A stretch of 64,000 nucleotides of DNA, taken from positions 72,167,458 through 72,231,457 of the forward strand of contig JARDVH010000106.1 in NCBI GenBank assembly GCA_030324005.1, read 5' to 3'. The position numbers and the translations under genes are program-made. Origin of the DNA: Negaprion brevirostris (Eukaryota). Positions 1-13,679 of this stretch are shown here, one piece after another (positions within the stretch are counted from its first letter, which is position 1; each line of letters opens with the position of its first letter). The notes beneath the pieces are model-generated. The model was not told the origin of the DNA and did not search any database. It saw only the letters and a program-made list of their open reading frames with translations.

Positions 1-562
1 TGAAGCGATTCGAGCCAGGAAACTCTAGCGGAGACCAGTTTGCGGGTTCCCCGCTGGGCGCCACAATCTCTTAAGTGTCTCCAGCAGCTGGATTTTCGGT
101 GCTGTCAGCTCCATACCAGAAATTGGCACAGAACTGCATACATTATTTAAATTCTCATGTCAAAAAAATGTAAATATTATTAAGGGCCCGGTCTGAAGTC
201 TCCAGGCCTGCCAGCGCCTCTTCCCCCTCCCACCTGGCCAGGAGTGATTCACACCAGTGGGTTTTAGTATAGCTCCCCACTTGCAGGAGCTGGCAGCAGA
301 CCCTGAGGGCCCCCCCAAAGGGTCAGGCACTGGGGAGGGAATGCCCGCTGGGCATCACCAGCTTGGCAGTACCAGCCTGGGCCCCCGACTGCCCAAGTGG
401 CAAAGTACCAATGCCAGGGGGACACCTTGGCACTGCCCACCAGGCATAGGGCAGTGCACAGAGTGTAGGAGATTCATTTTGAAACTCCTGCTTAAAAAAA
501 CCCTGCGATTTACTCCAGTTTTTACGTGAGTTCAACACTTGGAATTTTTTGGGAGAATCGCC
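1..562. mobile_element. Non-autonomous DNA transposon (Harbinger-like MITE) remnant, right part
   Basis: GC-rich non-coding block ending in GGGAGAATCGCC. A similar GATTCTCC/GGAGAATC terminal motif and similar internal text occur at ~54060. No meaningful ORF. Confidence 0.4.
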
Positions 563-690
563 TCTGTTTTTTTGTTCTTTATCCTCTCCTTTTCAGCACC
601 ACCTTTACTCTCATTCTTCACGAACAGTATTTTCCTGTTAACTACACCACTTACCCTTCATCAACCAAAGTTTGTGATGGTCTGTGTTAT

Positions 691-1000
691 AGAACATAAG
701 AACATAAGAAATAGGAGCAGGAGTAGGCCATCTAGCCCTTCGAGCCTGCCCTGCCATTCAATAAGNNNNNNNNNNNNNNNNNNNNNNNNNNNNNNNNNNN
801 NNNNNNNNNNNNNNNNNNNNNNNNNNNNNNNNNNNNNNNNNNNNNNNNNNNNNNNNNNNNNNNNNGTCGACCAATCAATATGTAGATTGAAATCCCCCAT
901 AATTATCGCCGTTCCATTCCTGCACGCCGCACTTATTTGTGCATTAACAGCCCGCCCCACCTCCAGATCAGTATTCGGGGGCCTATAGACGACCTATTAT
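691..1000 (-). mobile_element. Young CR1 LINE: 3' tail joined across an N-gap to the APE endonuclease region
   Basis: (AACATAAG)n tail plus CR1 3'UTR at 691-765. Past the gap the minus strand encodes VVYRPP...SAACRNGTAIIMGDFNLHIDWS (APE GDFN motif). Confidence 0.9.
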
Positions 1001-2024
1001 ACATCCAGGGCTGGAGGTAGGTAGCTCCAGTCAGGATATTTCACAAGGGAGGGCGGGGTCCAGGATCGAGTCACGCCCACCAGACCCGGGAGGTGGGAGG
1101 GCGGTGACTGAGTGCCAAGGTGGGCTTGTTAGAAGACCCATCTCAGTTCTTTGAGGCTGTGTTCCTATTATTTTGGATGCTGTTCAGTCCTCCAGCCCTC
1201 ACCTCTCATACTATAACCTCATCCAACCCCCGTTGCTCCTCATACTCTCCGTGTCTTCGCCATAATCACTCAATCAGTATCCACCATGTGCAAGACCTCA
1301 GGAGCCATGTTGAAATGCAAAAAATTAACTTCTAACAGTCAACTATAACTTTAATACAACACTCTTGATCTACACCTGCCAATCAAAGCAATCCAACAGA
1401 GGGTCTTTTTTAAACTCAGTGAAGGCTGCAGCCTGTTTTTTAAGTTTAAAAAGCTGGGCATTTAAAAACTTCTAATCATGACAGTAATACAGGCCTTATT
1501 CAGCTTTCAAGAGCTTTTAGACCTACGCCATAAATTTGTGACTCGCACTTTGTGAGTTAAGGTCCCTGCAGAAAAGAAAGTGGAATCTGTGTAACTTGAC
1601 ACTGGCCCCAATGAGTTTAGTATTCCCTCCTGTGTGATTCATGGCCACTCCTTTCCCCTATCAGCAGAACTTGGATCTGTCAGAAATGGGGGTGGGACTT
1701 GCATCCATCTCCTATCTATCACATTTTTACTGGCTTTTGCATTACACTCCTTCAAAGCAGGGTGAATCTTCCTCTCCCGGCTGTTGCTTCCAGCAGCCCA
1801 ATTACCAGATGAGGGACTTCACCCAAACCTCATGGGGATTCTCTCGATCTTGTTGGAGGAATTACTCAATGGTTTACTTACAATGAGGCTCCCAGCTTCT
1901 CAATACTATTCAACAATCAGATTTCAAATTGTATTTTCTTTTTATTATTTCCTACGATGTGAATATTGCTGTTTTTGCCCCTCTCTAGTAGACTTTTAGA
2001 AGGTGATGGCAAGTGGCCTTCATT

Positions 2025-2215
2025 TATCTCTCAACCAAAATCGCCAGATTGTCTGGTATTATATATTGCTGTTTGTGCACAAATTGGCTGCAGCATTCCT
2101 CCATTACAACAGTGATAACATTTCAAAATGCACTTCACTGACTGTGAAGGATTTTCAGACACCCAAAGGTTGTGAAAAGTACTATATAAATGCTGGTTCT
2201 TCCTTTCTTTCTTTC
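2025..2215 (+). mobile_element. DeuSINE/SacSINE1-like SINE, 3' half with L2-like tail
   Basis: TTGCTGTTTGTG..GCACAAATTGGCTGC..CATTACAACAGTG..TATATAAATGC..TTCTTTC; the same text occurs in the copies at 34640-35092 and 53400-53665. Confidence 0.6.
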
Positions 2216-2904
2216 AACCAAGGTCTCCAATTCCCTCAGAATGAGTCTTCTTTTTCACACATTGGAGGAGGAGGGGTACAAACTTCCAGAGACAAATTCA
2301 AGCCTCTCAATAATCTACAACTGATGCAACAGGTCACATGGTTTGTCCACACACAGTGATTCTGGCCATGCACATGGTCACATGGTAGTGTACAAGGTCA
2401 TGATGCATCCCCATTCATACAATTACAGGAAACCATTTGCTCAGCAGCACAAAGCAAAGAGCATCACCTCACCTTGTTCACTGGCACAGCAGAGTGAGAA
2501 GTCAGTACTGATGAGGAAGTTTAACCGTGGGATAGTGAAGGATCCACAGGAATATAAACTTTTGGTGGGCTTGCTGTGATGTGGAGGCTTATACAGTATT
2601 ATAGGTCCAGATTTAGCGGTCACTTGAATCCCTGACATCTGAAGTTAAGACTTGACCACAGGACAAAGGAATGCAGGTTCACGTTCGGCAAGAGGAAGTT
2701 ACTGATTCATTCTGGAGTAGTGCTCACACAAAAAGTGACCAGCTCATGGAGCAGACTTCAACACTGCAAGGTTAAAATCCTGAAATTATTTAAGACCACG
2801 TTAGGATCTTTCTGGACAGATGAGTTGGTAAACAGGATGATATCCTGTGTTTTATAATGTGTCAGACGGTAAAACCTTGCCCCATTTCATTCTCCTAAAG
2901 TAAA

Positions 2905-3220
2905 GGGTGAGTAAGTTGGGCCTGTACACATTGAGAGTTCAGAAGAATGAGAGACGACCTTATTGAGACATACAAGATTCACAGGGGGTTTGACAGGATA
3001 GTTGCTGAGAGGTTGTTTCCATTTATGGCAGAGTCTAGGACCAGAGTGCATCACCTCAGGTTACCCATTTAAAACAGAGAAAAAGAGGAATTTCTTCTCT
3101 CAGAGGTAGGAAATCTGTGGAATTCTTTACTGCAGAGGGCTGTAGAGGTTGGATTGTTAAGTATATTCAAGGTTAAGATGGACAGATTTTTAATCAGCAA
3201 GGAAATCCTATAATCCCCAT
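2905..3220 (+). mobile_element. CR1 LINE 3' fragment
   Basis: Degenerate LGLYTLE-FRRMR-DLIETYKI...RNFFSQRV-NLWNSL C-terminal ORF2 motifs. Confidence 0.8.
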
Positions 3221-5100
3221 AGTGCAAAAGGAGGCTGTGCAAGGGAGCAGTGCCAGGGAGTCTCTCCTCTGGGGATATCCATTGAAAGGGGGGAGTCCCT
3301 GAGTTCATATTGGGGGATATTCCCAGTGTGCATAGAGCGTGAGGGCCCTCTTTGCATAAGGGAATTATTGTTGTCACTTTTATTTCTGTCAGATCAGGGC
3401 ATCCCGATCATTTCCTCAAATTGTCAGAAAACATGGCAAGAAAAGCCAGACACCAATTTTCTTGCCCAGGCCAGCAGTTTGGGAAAACAAGCGTAAAATT
3501 CTACCCTTTCATCTTTCTGAAATCTATCTTCAACAGTCCCACTGCTAAAAATCTGGCCGTTTTCCTTGTCATATTTGCCCCTCACACATTATGTGATCGC
3601 ACTGATGCTTCTACCTGTCTTGCCAAAACCCTTGTGGAACTGATTATAATAAAAGCCAGAAAGCGATTAGGAACTCCTCAGTTAGATGGGGTGCTTACAT
3701 ATCTGTCATTGGATTCAAAGGGTATGAACTGTGACACATTAAAATATGCACCATACAATTAATCTACAATCAAACAAGATCTTTCTGACAAGAATTTAAT
3801 TAAATTCTACGTACTCTGACAAGTTAATAGAATTCAAATTTAAAAAAGCACGTTCCCAAATTTAATTGCCATTTAAAATCAAACAATCTCTCAATGCAAA
3901 GAAGAGCCAGCTAAGACTGTTTAAAACATATTGTTAAAGTGAAAGATTCCAAGAATTATTTTCAATGTATCAACACAGGACATGTACTTTGTCCTCAAAG
4001 TATAACACTGAAATATAACACCAATGGATATCCTGTGACATTGTCCATTGTTTGCTGGAGCAGACGAGTGAAGGAGCTGTTAAAAACCTGTTTAAATAAG
4101 TTTAAAGCACTTTCGTAGTAAGAACTTACCTTGTAGAACTGTTTAAATCATTTNNNNNNNNNNNNNNNNNGGGCATCTGGTATCTGATCAAGTAGGACAA
4201 GAAAATGTGCATCTCAATCAATTAGGTTGAAGGGTTTTGAAATAAGCAGCATAAATTCTGAACAAGGAGCTGTAAATTAGAACCATAATTTTAAAGTTAA
4301 ATCATTTACAGACAGAGAAATAAAGTGAGGGAAAAGGGAGAACGGAGAAAAATTCCTGAAGAAGTTCAGAAATTTCTTGGATTTTTTTTTAAATCTGACA
4401 AAACCTGAGGAATTAGACTCCACACTTGTAATAATTAATTTGCAGTGCCAGATAGGTTGCCTGGCAGAAATCAACATTTATCGTATTGTTAAAAGGGTAT
4501 TTAAGGCACAAAACGACTGGCTTTAATTTTCATTGCTACATACACTTCATAATAACAAGTAAAGGATCTCCACATTGCTCAATGGTGTTAAAGTGGAACC
4601 AGATAGCAAAGTGTTGTTTTCTCCAAGCTAACTTCAATAGCAACTTTATAATTTCCATTTTTAATCGCTTATCTGCCCTTGCTGGAAGTTGCTGCACCAT
4701 TTGCACTTATATTTTTGGCAGCAATTTTTGAGCCATTTATTCTTTCCAGGAGAACTGGATATCTTTTCTTCCAGCCACAGCTGTCTGATTAAAATTAGCA
4801 TTTCAAATCTGATCGATTGGTATTTTTCGAAGAACAGTTTTGGTGTTACCATGTTAAATCAGTTCAAAATTATTAAATAGCTAAGAGTTATTACTATCAC
4901 TGACAATATCAACAATCTCATTGAAAACTTTTAAATGTCAACAAGCTGCATTTATATTGTGACTTTGGCACAGTGCAACATCTGGAAGTGTTTTATAGGA
5001 GCATTACAGACAAAAACTGACACCAAACCAAGAGTGAAATAATATGATCAGATAATCAAAATGTTGGTTAATGGGCAATATTTAGAGAGCACATTAGCCA

Positions 5101-7980
5101 TGGGTGCAAATCTCATCATGGCCACTAAATAGTACAAGAGGCCAAAAACAGGATTTGCACCAGCGGGATTTTATGAATGTGATCTTCCTGGGCCCTTTCC
5201 AATGATGCGTTGAAGTTCATGCCCAGGAAAGGTGCAAACCTGGTTAACATGAATTTGAACCCATTAACTTTAATTAGCAGGCTTAACGTTGTAACATTCA
5301 GCCCTCATTGAATCTTCTCAGCCACCAGGAGCTATCAGGAGCACAGGGCTCTACACAGGTGGTGGAGTAGAGGTGGTAGTTGGTGTCGGAGGTCCTGGAG
5401 TCTACTTTCAATGCTAGCAGCACTGTAGAAGTCTGCAGTCTGTTGTCAGAGATTGCAGTCTGTGTTGTGAGCGTATACAGTGGAGTTTGAGGTGGGGGTG
5501 GGGATGGCTGCAGAACACATGGAGTGGAGGCTTACATGTGATGACAGCCATGGAGCCGGGCCTAATGGGCTGGATGGATGTGATCCCAAAAGACTGGGCA
5601 ACACAGTGCGCAGCTGGAAAGGTGAGGGGGTCCTCATCCAATGGATTAGCTGTCCAGGAGGCTTAAGTGTTGGGGCAATGACAACTATGAGCTCTCTGAA
5701 TCATGTAACCTGACTAAGAGAGATGTCTATTAGCTCTGCCTTTCCCTGAAGAAGAAAGCAATTGTGCCCTGTTACTGTCCTGAAACTCATGCTTGTGAAA
5801 CTAATTGACCAAGAGTTCATTCTTAGCAATGTCAGCTCTCAAGTCAAGGAATGAGATGAATCCTCAGGGTCTGGGCTCAAAGCTAGGGAGCATGGGATCA
5901 AGAGGTTATGGGTCCCTTCTCTGCCTGGTCCCCAGTGCCTGTCAGTGAGGATCAATCAGCTTCCCCAAGGACCCAATTGACCTTGACTAGCTGGTGTAAG
6001 GGAGCATACAGCCCTGCTAAGAACTCTTAATGACGGTGGGCTTAAGGGAGGGACAACCCAGATGAAGAGATAGGTCTAAGTGGATGACTGCATCGGCCAG
6101 AGCCAGTCTTGTTCTGCAGTTGACAGGGCACAAAGGCGCTGAAGAAGACTAAGGGTCTACCAGACTCCTCTGTCCTTCACGAAGCTGCCTGACTCCATAA
6201 AAACTCTGCCTCATGAAGGAGACTGTGCAGCACCTGTGCCATTTCTTTGCAGACTTGGTACCACATGGAAATAGGGACACACCCACCCCTTGTGGCTGTC
6301 AACGTCACTGCAGCTCTCAACTTCTTCACCATGGGTCCTTACAGGGCTCCACAGGAGACGCTGTGGTATTTCACAGCCATCTGCCCATACATGCATCTGN
6401 NNNNNNNNNNNNNNNNNNNNNNNNNNNNNNNNNNNNNNNNNNNNNNNNNNNNNNNNNNNNNNNNNNNNNNNNNNNNNNNNNNNNNNNNNNNNNNNNNNNN
6501 NNNNNNNNNNNNNNNNNNNNNNNNNNNNNNNNNNNNNNNNNNNNNNNNNNNNNNNNNNNNNNNNNNNNNNNNNNNNNNNNNNNNNNNNNNNNNNNNNNNN
6601 NNNNNNNNNNNNNNNNNNNNNNNNNNNNNNNNNNNNNNNNNNNNNNNNNNNNNNNNNNNNNNNNNNNNNNNNNNNNNNNNNNNNNNNNNNNNNNNNNNNN
6701 NNNNNNNNNNNNNNNNNNNNNNNNNNNNNNNNNNNNNNNNNNNNNNNNNNNNNNNNNNNNNNNNNNNNNNNNNNNNNNNNNNNNNNNNNNNNNNNNNNNN
6801 NNNNNNNNNNNNNNNNNNNNNNNNNNNNNNNNNNNNNNNNNNNNNNNNNNNNNNNNNNNNNNNNNNNNNNNNNNNNNNNNNNNNNNNNNNNNNNNNNNNN
6901 NNNNNNNNNNNNNNNNNNNNNNNNNNNNNNNNNNNNNNNNNNNNNNNNNNNNNNNNNNNNNNNNNNNNNNNNNNNNNNNNNNNNNNNNNNNNNNNNNNNN
7001 NNNNNNNNNNNNNNNNNNNNNNNNNNNNNNNNNNNNNNNNNNNNNNNNNNNNNNNNNNNNNNNNNNNNNNNNNNNNNNNNNNNNNNNNNNNNNNNNNNNN
7101 NNNNNNNNNNNNNNNNNNNNNNNNNNNNNNNNNNNNNNNNNNNNNNNNNNNNNNNNNNNNNNNNNNNNNNNNNNNNNNNNNNNNNNNNNNNNNNNNNNNN
7201 NNNNNNNNNNNNNNNNNNNNNNNNNNNNNNNNNNNNNNNNNNNNNNNNNNNNNNNNNNNNNNNNNNNNNNNNNNNNNNNNNNNNNNNNTACCTGCTGAAC
7301 TTGCATGCTAGCTCGTTGGAATGTATGCACAAGGACCCCCAAATCCATCTGTGCTGCAGTTTTCTGCAGTCTTTCTCCATTTAAATAAAATTCAGCTCCA
7401 TTATTTTTCATACCAAAGTGCATAATTTCACATTTTCCACAGCTGTATACTTGGCCAACTGCAGATTTCTGAAGTCTTCAAATAACACCACATCCTACAG
7501 AGATGGTTCCTTGGGGGACAAGGGATATCCCCTCAAGTTGTAGCTGATGATAGCAGTGCAGAGGCCACAGGCCGCTACAGGGTCCAGGTACAATGAGGTA
7601 AGCAGTGCAATACGAGTTGCAGAGTTGTCATTGAATGGTGCATTAAATCATTGAAGATGCGGTTCAGTGCCTTGTCAAGCTTGGTGGGACCCTGCACTAC
7701 AACTCCCAGAGGGTCTTCCCACGTTGTTGTGCTCTGTTGTGGTGCTCCCAGTATCTGCTGCTCTTGTCTTTCTAGATTGTCGTGTTCATCAGTTTGGAAG
7801 TACTGATGAAAGTGCTGGCTCTACAGTGGAGCAAGGAGCTTCCTGAGGATGACTCCAAGGAGCAGCACTCATTCTCGGATGAGGAGGATGTCCAAGAAGA
7901 GCCCACTGAGATTCTGAGGATAGAGACCAGGAGCAAGGGACACCCTCAATGCCTCCCACCTCATGTAGAAAAACTAACTC
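5101..7980 (+). mobile_element. PIF/Harbinger DNA transposon relic with frameshifted HARBI1-like DDE transposase (~6200-7900), split by an N-gap and a CR1 piece
   Basis: PLVAVNVTAALNFF..GSLQGSTGD..GISQPSAH-CI at 6280-6400; GW-LGDKGYPL..RYNE..VIE-CI--LKMRF..GGTLHY at 7500-7720; acidic tail SDEEDVQEE. Confidence 0.85.
7289..7442 (-). mobile_element. CR1 RT/C-terminal fragment inside the Harbinger transposase
   Basis: KCEIMHFGMKN..YLNGERLQ..DLGVLVH..SMQVQQV. Confidence 0.85.
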
Positions 7981-8024
7981 GCTGTCCTAAAGTGTGACCT
8001 CCCCCTCAGAAGTCGTGACTCCTC

Positions 8025-8253
8025 TGTGACAAGGGGTAAGGATGGGTGAGTGCAGTAGCTGCAAGGAACCAATGACAAACAAGGCCGATAAACGAATAGA
8101 GATTTATTTGGAGGAACGTAACCATATATAAAATTGCTTTCAAACCCCACAACCCCTGGACTCCAACTGCACTCCCACTCTCAATTCGCGCACCTCACTG
8201 AGATTGGCCCAATGTGTCATGTGACTCCCCCAATAACTCGACAGACTACCATA
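8025..8253 (-). repeat. 3' LTR of the Gypsy element
   Basis: Minus-strand polypurine tract GGGGGAGAGA (8254-8263) abuts a ~230-bp unit that carries a minus-strand AATAAA at ~8103 and ends in ..GTCACA at 8025. Confidence 0.6.
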
Positions 8254-9649
8254 TCTCTCCCCCTTTAAGTCCTTAACATTTTACAATAAAACTACTTACC
8301 ATATTATACAGTAAAAGTAGAAACATAATAGAGTCTCTCATAAAGTAAGTCTATCTGGAGGCTTTCTATTTCTTTCAAAGCATCAAAATTCTTTAGCAGA
8401 TGCTTCATCAGTCGAGGTAGTTTCAACCTGAGCAACAACAGGAAGGCTTTCTGTTTGTGAAGGTGCTCTGGTGCAATTAACGTCTCCAGTTCCCATTGGA
8501 GTATTACTCAATCTCTCCTCAGGATTAATAGATTTGGTTCCACTGGCAGTTGCCAGAGCCACACTAACAGGTATAGCATGGACAGACTGTTCTCTTAGTA
8601 CTGTGCACAGTTCCCTTCTCCTCAGGTGGTCTACGTGCTTCTTCATTCTCTGCCCTTGTACATCAACTACGTATGACACTGGACCTGTGTTTGCCACAAC
8701 CATCCTAGGGACCCACTTCAAACCTGCATTGAAATTTCTTATGTAACCTAAAAATTATTTGCCTGAAAAGCCCTCTCAACCTCGATGGGGTCGTGATATC
8801 TCTTTTGTGCATTCTGTTTTGCCTCGGTCTCCCTGCCAAATTAGGAAACACTAGATCAAGTCTTGTCCAAAGACGTCTTCCCATGAACAATTCAGCAGTA
8901 GCAACTTCTGTGGTGCCATGAGGAGTTGTTCTGTACATTAGTAGAAAACAGAGCAGTTGAAGTTGTAAAGGTGCAGAGGACTGTTTTGTCACATCAAATT
9001 TAAATGCCTGGACGGTGTTTTCAGTTTCATTGAAAACTCATTTTGTCTTTGAAATTGGGGCTCACTTTAATATTGTTGAATCTGCAAACTTCATATTCTT
9101 CTTTAGAGTCATTTTTTAAATTATGCACCATAGTCATGGGTTCTTTTTGGCCCTTGATAGGTTTTGTTTGACCCTGTATTTAATCCTAATGTGCTCCCTT
9201 CTGTTACAGGCAAAACATGTTACATTTTTAAATTTACACCTCTATTGGGGGTGCTCTCCAACACATGTAAGTTCTAAGTTCTTGGTCTGCAGACCTGACA
9301 TTATGCATCTCTGTGCATTGTTTTGCTCTTTGGCTCATGGCTTTCAGTGCCCCCATCCCTGACATCACAACTCCCCAAGCTTTCCCAGCAAAGTTGGCTG
9401 ACCTCGCCTAGCTGCACATTTTGCAACTCTATTGCAACTCTTTGGTGCTTTCTATAGTCTGAGCAATCTCAAATGCCCATGTCAAGGTCATTTCTGTCTC
9501 TGCTAATAGCTTTTTTTGTATGGTGAGGTCACTCACACCACAAACTAACCTATCTCTTAACATCTCATCTAGTGTCAATCCGAATTCACATTGATCTGCT
9601 AACTGCCTTAACGATGCCATGAACATTGCTATCTGGTCATCGCATTAAG

Positions 9650-10165
9650 CTCTGGAGAGAGCATTAGAGGAGATTTACAAGAATATTGCCTGGGCTAGAA
9701 AAGTGCAGTTATGAGGAGAAATTGGATAAGTTGGGATCATTTTCCTTGGAACAAAGAAAATTGAAGGGTGACTTGATTAAGGTGTACAAAGAAGGCAGAG
9801 GAGTGATTTGATTGAGATGTACAAAATTATAAGGCAAAAAGATGGTGTGTATAGGATAAATGTTTCCTTTGATGGAGAATTCTAGAACCGGGGGCATAGA
9901 TTCAAGATAAGTGGTAGTAGGTGTAGAGTGGACATGAGTAAGAACTTTTTCTTTACGCAAGGGTGGTGGGTGTCTGGAATTCGCTGCCCAGTGGAGGCAG
10001 AGACTTTGAACTCTTTTCATAAGTACCTGGATCTGCACTTTAAGTGCTGTAAGCTACAGGGCTATGGGCTGGGTGCAAGAAGGTGGGATAGAAAGGGCAC
10101 CTGGGTGGACAAGATGAGCCAAATGGCCTCTTTTTGTGCTGTAACTTTTCTATGGTTCTATGATC
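9650..10165 (+). mobile_element. CR1 LINE 3' fragment inserted in Gypsy gag
   Basis: RRFTRILPGL..YEEKLDKLG-FSLE..FFTQG-W--WN; tail TTCTATGGTTCTATG. The gag reading continues on both sides. Confidence 0.85.
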
Positions 10166-10499
10166 TCCCTTCAGTTTATCATTGTTAAATTACATTTATA
10201 TTGGGGCATTTCACTGATGGTTTTGGGTAATGGTGTTCTTTGACCAGTGCAACTAGCTGTTCAAATGTTTTTGTATCTGGGGCCTCTGGAGAAGTCAGAC
10301 TTCAAACCAGATTGTGAGTCTGAGCCCCACAGGCTCTTGGAATGATAACCTCTGCTTTTCATTCCTTCCCCCCACCCCGTGCGGATTTCATTGGCCTTAC
10401 AGAAAAATCAGGGAAGCTCCATATATTGGACCCACTGCTTTGATTCCAGGTCAAAAGGTTCCAACATCCTAATTAATGATATTTGATACTCTCAAGATT

Positions 10500-12090
10500 T
10501 TGCAGTAGAGTTGTTCAAAAAGGTTGCAATTTGAGAACTGCTCTGACTTGCAACAGATGGCAGACCTCATTCGGATAGCAAGGGTGCGTGTCCATCTCAT
10601 CTTGCCATCAGTCCTGCCTGTCACGCTTGGAATGACCAAGTCAAGCCATTCCCTGATACCCTGCGGCCTTGCAGCACCTAACCCCGTACCACCTGCCTCC
10701 AACCCCTCTGACACCCCCATCTAAACTCCACCTACTAAAGCACGGCCATGACATGCACCACCCAATTGCCCCAACCCCTGACACCCTGCGCCCGTTCAGC
10801 CATTCAGCTTTGAATCCCACTTCTGTCCCCGGAGAAGATGGCCCATGATCACCAGAAGCACGCAAAGGCCGGAGGCGAGGACTCCGAGCTGAGAATCCTA
10901 ACTGCTTTTGAGGAGTGTGCAACAAGCTGTTGAGGGAGTCAGACAGTAGATCTGTGACTGACAGCCAGGTCAAGGTGCACCACAGAACTGAGTTCTTTAA
11001 CATGACCTATCTCAAGTAAGTTGCAATCTGCCTAGATACTTAGCCATCCTTTGTACTTGCTCATGTGTCTTCTTTTGCAGGAGCAAAACATGAGGAGGCC
11101 AGGTCCTCAGGAGTCAGCACCCTCCCTGCCGTCACCGCAGAGACCCCTGTCAACGCTTGAAGTCTTCAACAAAATCTCAGAAGAAAGCACTCAATATTTG
11201 AAACAGTCATCAAAAGAACCATCCACCAGCTCAGAAAGAGTCACCACAGTGCAACGTGTTAGTGGTAAGGCTGTTGGGGCACTTTCTGGTGAGCAACACA
11301 CAGCTGTAGATGCACACATTAGGTGGAGGCAGGAATGTCCGAGGGTATGGGCAAGCGGAGGTCTCCCAGAGTCAAGGAAACACTGCTCCCAGCCTGAAGC
11401 CCAGCCGCTGAGATCAGTTCTCCAGAAGCAGAGCCGGGAATTGCAGGAGCAGCTATCAGCAAACTTCAAGCAACTGCAAGGCTGCTTTGAGGAAATCCAG
11501 AGCCTTCAGTTGCAGGAGATGGTGCTGACATTGCGTGGCATCCAGGTCAACACTGCATGGGTTGCAACCATGGTAGAAAGCCTAAGGCAGGAAATCATTG
11601 CAATGGGTTGCAGGATCCAAGGCATAGCCGAGTTGCTGAGGAGCATGGCTGAGTGCCTTGACAGCATGCTTGAGACACAGGTTATGGCTGCAGGCTGCGA
11701 GAGCATGGCCCAGTCACAGCGGGCACTCGTTTAGGGGCTGCGGAGCTTGACCCTGTCTCAGAGCACTATCGCCAAGGGATCATACACCATGTGGCAGACA
11801 CAACTGGGCCTCCAGAATTGGCAGAACCAAGTGATGCAGAGGCCTCTGGAGCTCACTCCAGTTGCCCCACCATCCCATGGGGTGTGCCAGGGGCCCACTG
11901 ACACCCTGAGGGAGGAGGAAGCACTGAATGCCATGCCAGACCTTCCTTCCAGGAGACCCCAGCCACCCCCAGCCCAACGGAATCGCTCCTTCTTGGCATC
12001 AGAATGAGCAAGGTGAGACGGCTACATCCATGACACCAAAATGTCGGCCTCTAGGTCCCAGGTCCCACCCCGCTCCCCGGGACACCCGCT
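10500..12090 (+). pseudogene. Harbinger-associated Myb/SANT-like (MSANTD/NAIF1-type) accessory gene relic, intron-containing
   Basis: DLIRIAR followed by GT at ~10583; EKMAHDHQKHAKAGG..LRILTAFEE at ~10830-10915; acceptor TCTTTTGCAG at 11080; coiled-coil ORF 11051-11734 similar to ORF 24983-25363. Confidence 0.6.
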
Positions 12091-12099
12091 AAAGGACAT

Positions 12100-13080
12100 C
12101 ATAGGCCACGAGTCCTCCTCCTAACATAGGCTGCCTTCCTGCTGAAGTCTCCCTGCTGCTGCACCGGGTTTGGAGCATAGCAGGCCAAAACGACATGGGA
12201 GAACCTCAGGGGGTTGCACTGGAGAACACTGCCAGAGCAACTGAGGCAGCAGAACCGCATCTTCAGTGACCCTATGCACCACTTGATGACAAACCAGTTG
12301 GCAGCATGGGTTTTATTATAATGGGTCTCCGCCTCAGTTTCAGGCCTCTTCGCTGGAGTGATCAGCCACAAGCCATCCTGGCAGCCTGTACATGTCCTCA
12401 AAAACCTCGGGGATGTTGGAGTTCAACAAAATGTAGCTATTGTGCATGCTCCCCAGGTGCCATGCACACGCAGGCATGATATTCAACAGGTGATCACACA
12501 CTGTCTGGACATTCATGGAATGGGACACTTTCCTGTTTATAAAGGGTACTCCTTGATTGTACGAAGCCCAAAGGGCGATGTGTGTGCCACCTCTAGCCCC
12601 CTGCGCATGGGGCATCACAACCAAGGCAGTGAAACCTGTAGCTGGGGTTTCCTATTGGGCCTGATCAAAGTTGATGTAGTTGGCTGCCCAGGTGTACAGG
12701 GCATCTGTCACCCCACAGATCCACTTGTGCATAGATAGGGAGATGCTGCAGAGATCTCCACTGGAAACCTCGAAGGACCCGGTGGTGTAGAGTTTGAGGG
12801 CTGCTGTCACCTTCATTGCCACCAGAAACAGATGCCCTCCTACCCATGAGATACCAGGTCTGCCCTTTCTCTGACTGAGCCATAATCTGCAGCGGTACAT
12901 GGCGTCCGGCAGCCCATCAAACGACATGCAGCATACAGATCCTGTATTGGCAGGGTCTCTGTCTCTGTCATTCTCTGACCCTCCCTTCGAGCCGATGGGC
13001 AGTCGTGTCCTGCCTGTCCTCCAGCTGCTACCTCCTCCTCAGCAGCCATGAGAATCACTGCCAGGTCTACTGGCTCCAAA
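12100..13080 (-). mobile_element. HARBI1-like Harbinger DDE transposase pseudogene
   Basis: VAMKVTAALKLYTTGSFEVSSGDLCSIS; GGTHIAL..FINRKVSHSMNVQTVCDH..GSMHNSYIL; GWLVAD; HYNKTH..VIKWCIGSLKMRFCCL..LQCNP, in several frames. Confidence 0.9.
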
Positions 13081-13679
13081 GTGAAATTCATTACTCCTTT
13101 GTGGTAGGGGGAGGGGAGGGTAGACAGAGAGAAAGAGATAGGCAGTAAGGTTATCCAACCTGGGCTCCTCACTGTCTCCAAGCCATCAGTGTACACCAAG
13201 TCTGGACGCTGGTAAGCCAACACCATCCCCGGTGCCACATGCCATCTCAATGGGCTGCCAACCACTGTCACATCATCGCCATGGTGGGCATGGGAAGCAT
13301 GTGGATGGCTGTGCGGACATTTGCCATCCTTACCTGGACTGGCCTACATGTGACTCCAGATCCACAGCGTTGGGGTTGACTCTTAACTACCCTCTGAAAT
13401 GGTTTAGCAAGTTACACAGTTCAAGGCAATTAGGGATGGACAATAAATGTTTGCCTTGTCAGCAGCATCTACATCCCCTGAAAGAATTTAAAAAATCACA
13501 AGCTATCCCTTGATTTCTCTGATCTGGCCACATGCCACTCACACCCAATGACTCACCACATACACATCTTGAATCTATATTCTCCTCTAAAGATTCACCA
13601 TGTCAGTAACTGAGCTGGAGGCTGCAAGTGTCAGATCAAGCACTACTGTTTCTTCATCTCTACTGTGCTATTGCTGTCA

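Larger units (their letters stand above)
8025..10470 (-). mobile_element. Gypsy/Ty3 LTR retrotransposon relic (gag, integrase C-terminus, 3' LTR; PR/RT/RNase H not seen)
   Basis: gag N-terminus LEPFD..WVQY..SLTSPEAPDTKTFEQLVALVKEH (10190-10470); gag LRQLADQCEFG..LRDRLVCGV..IQKKLLAE (9429-9626); integrase FLLMYRTTPH..AELFMGRRL-TRLDL and TGPVSYVV..KKHVDHLR (8600-8990). Confidence 0.9.

Noticed and set aside
6211-7423. Five 350-390 aa ORFs
   Set aside because: Artefacts of translating through an ~890-N gap. The same applies to the ORFs at 43090, 54249 and 62042.
12100-13080. Host HARBI1 gene
   Set aside because: Multiple frameshifts, catalytic aspartates lost, and paralogous relics in the same window.
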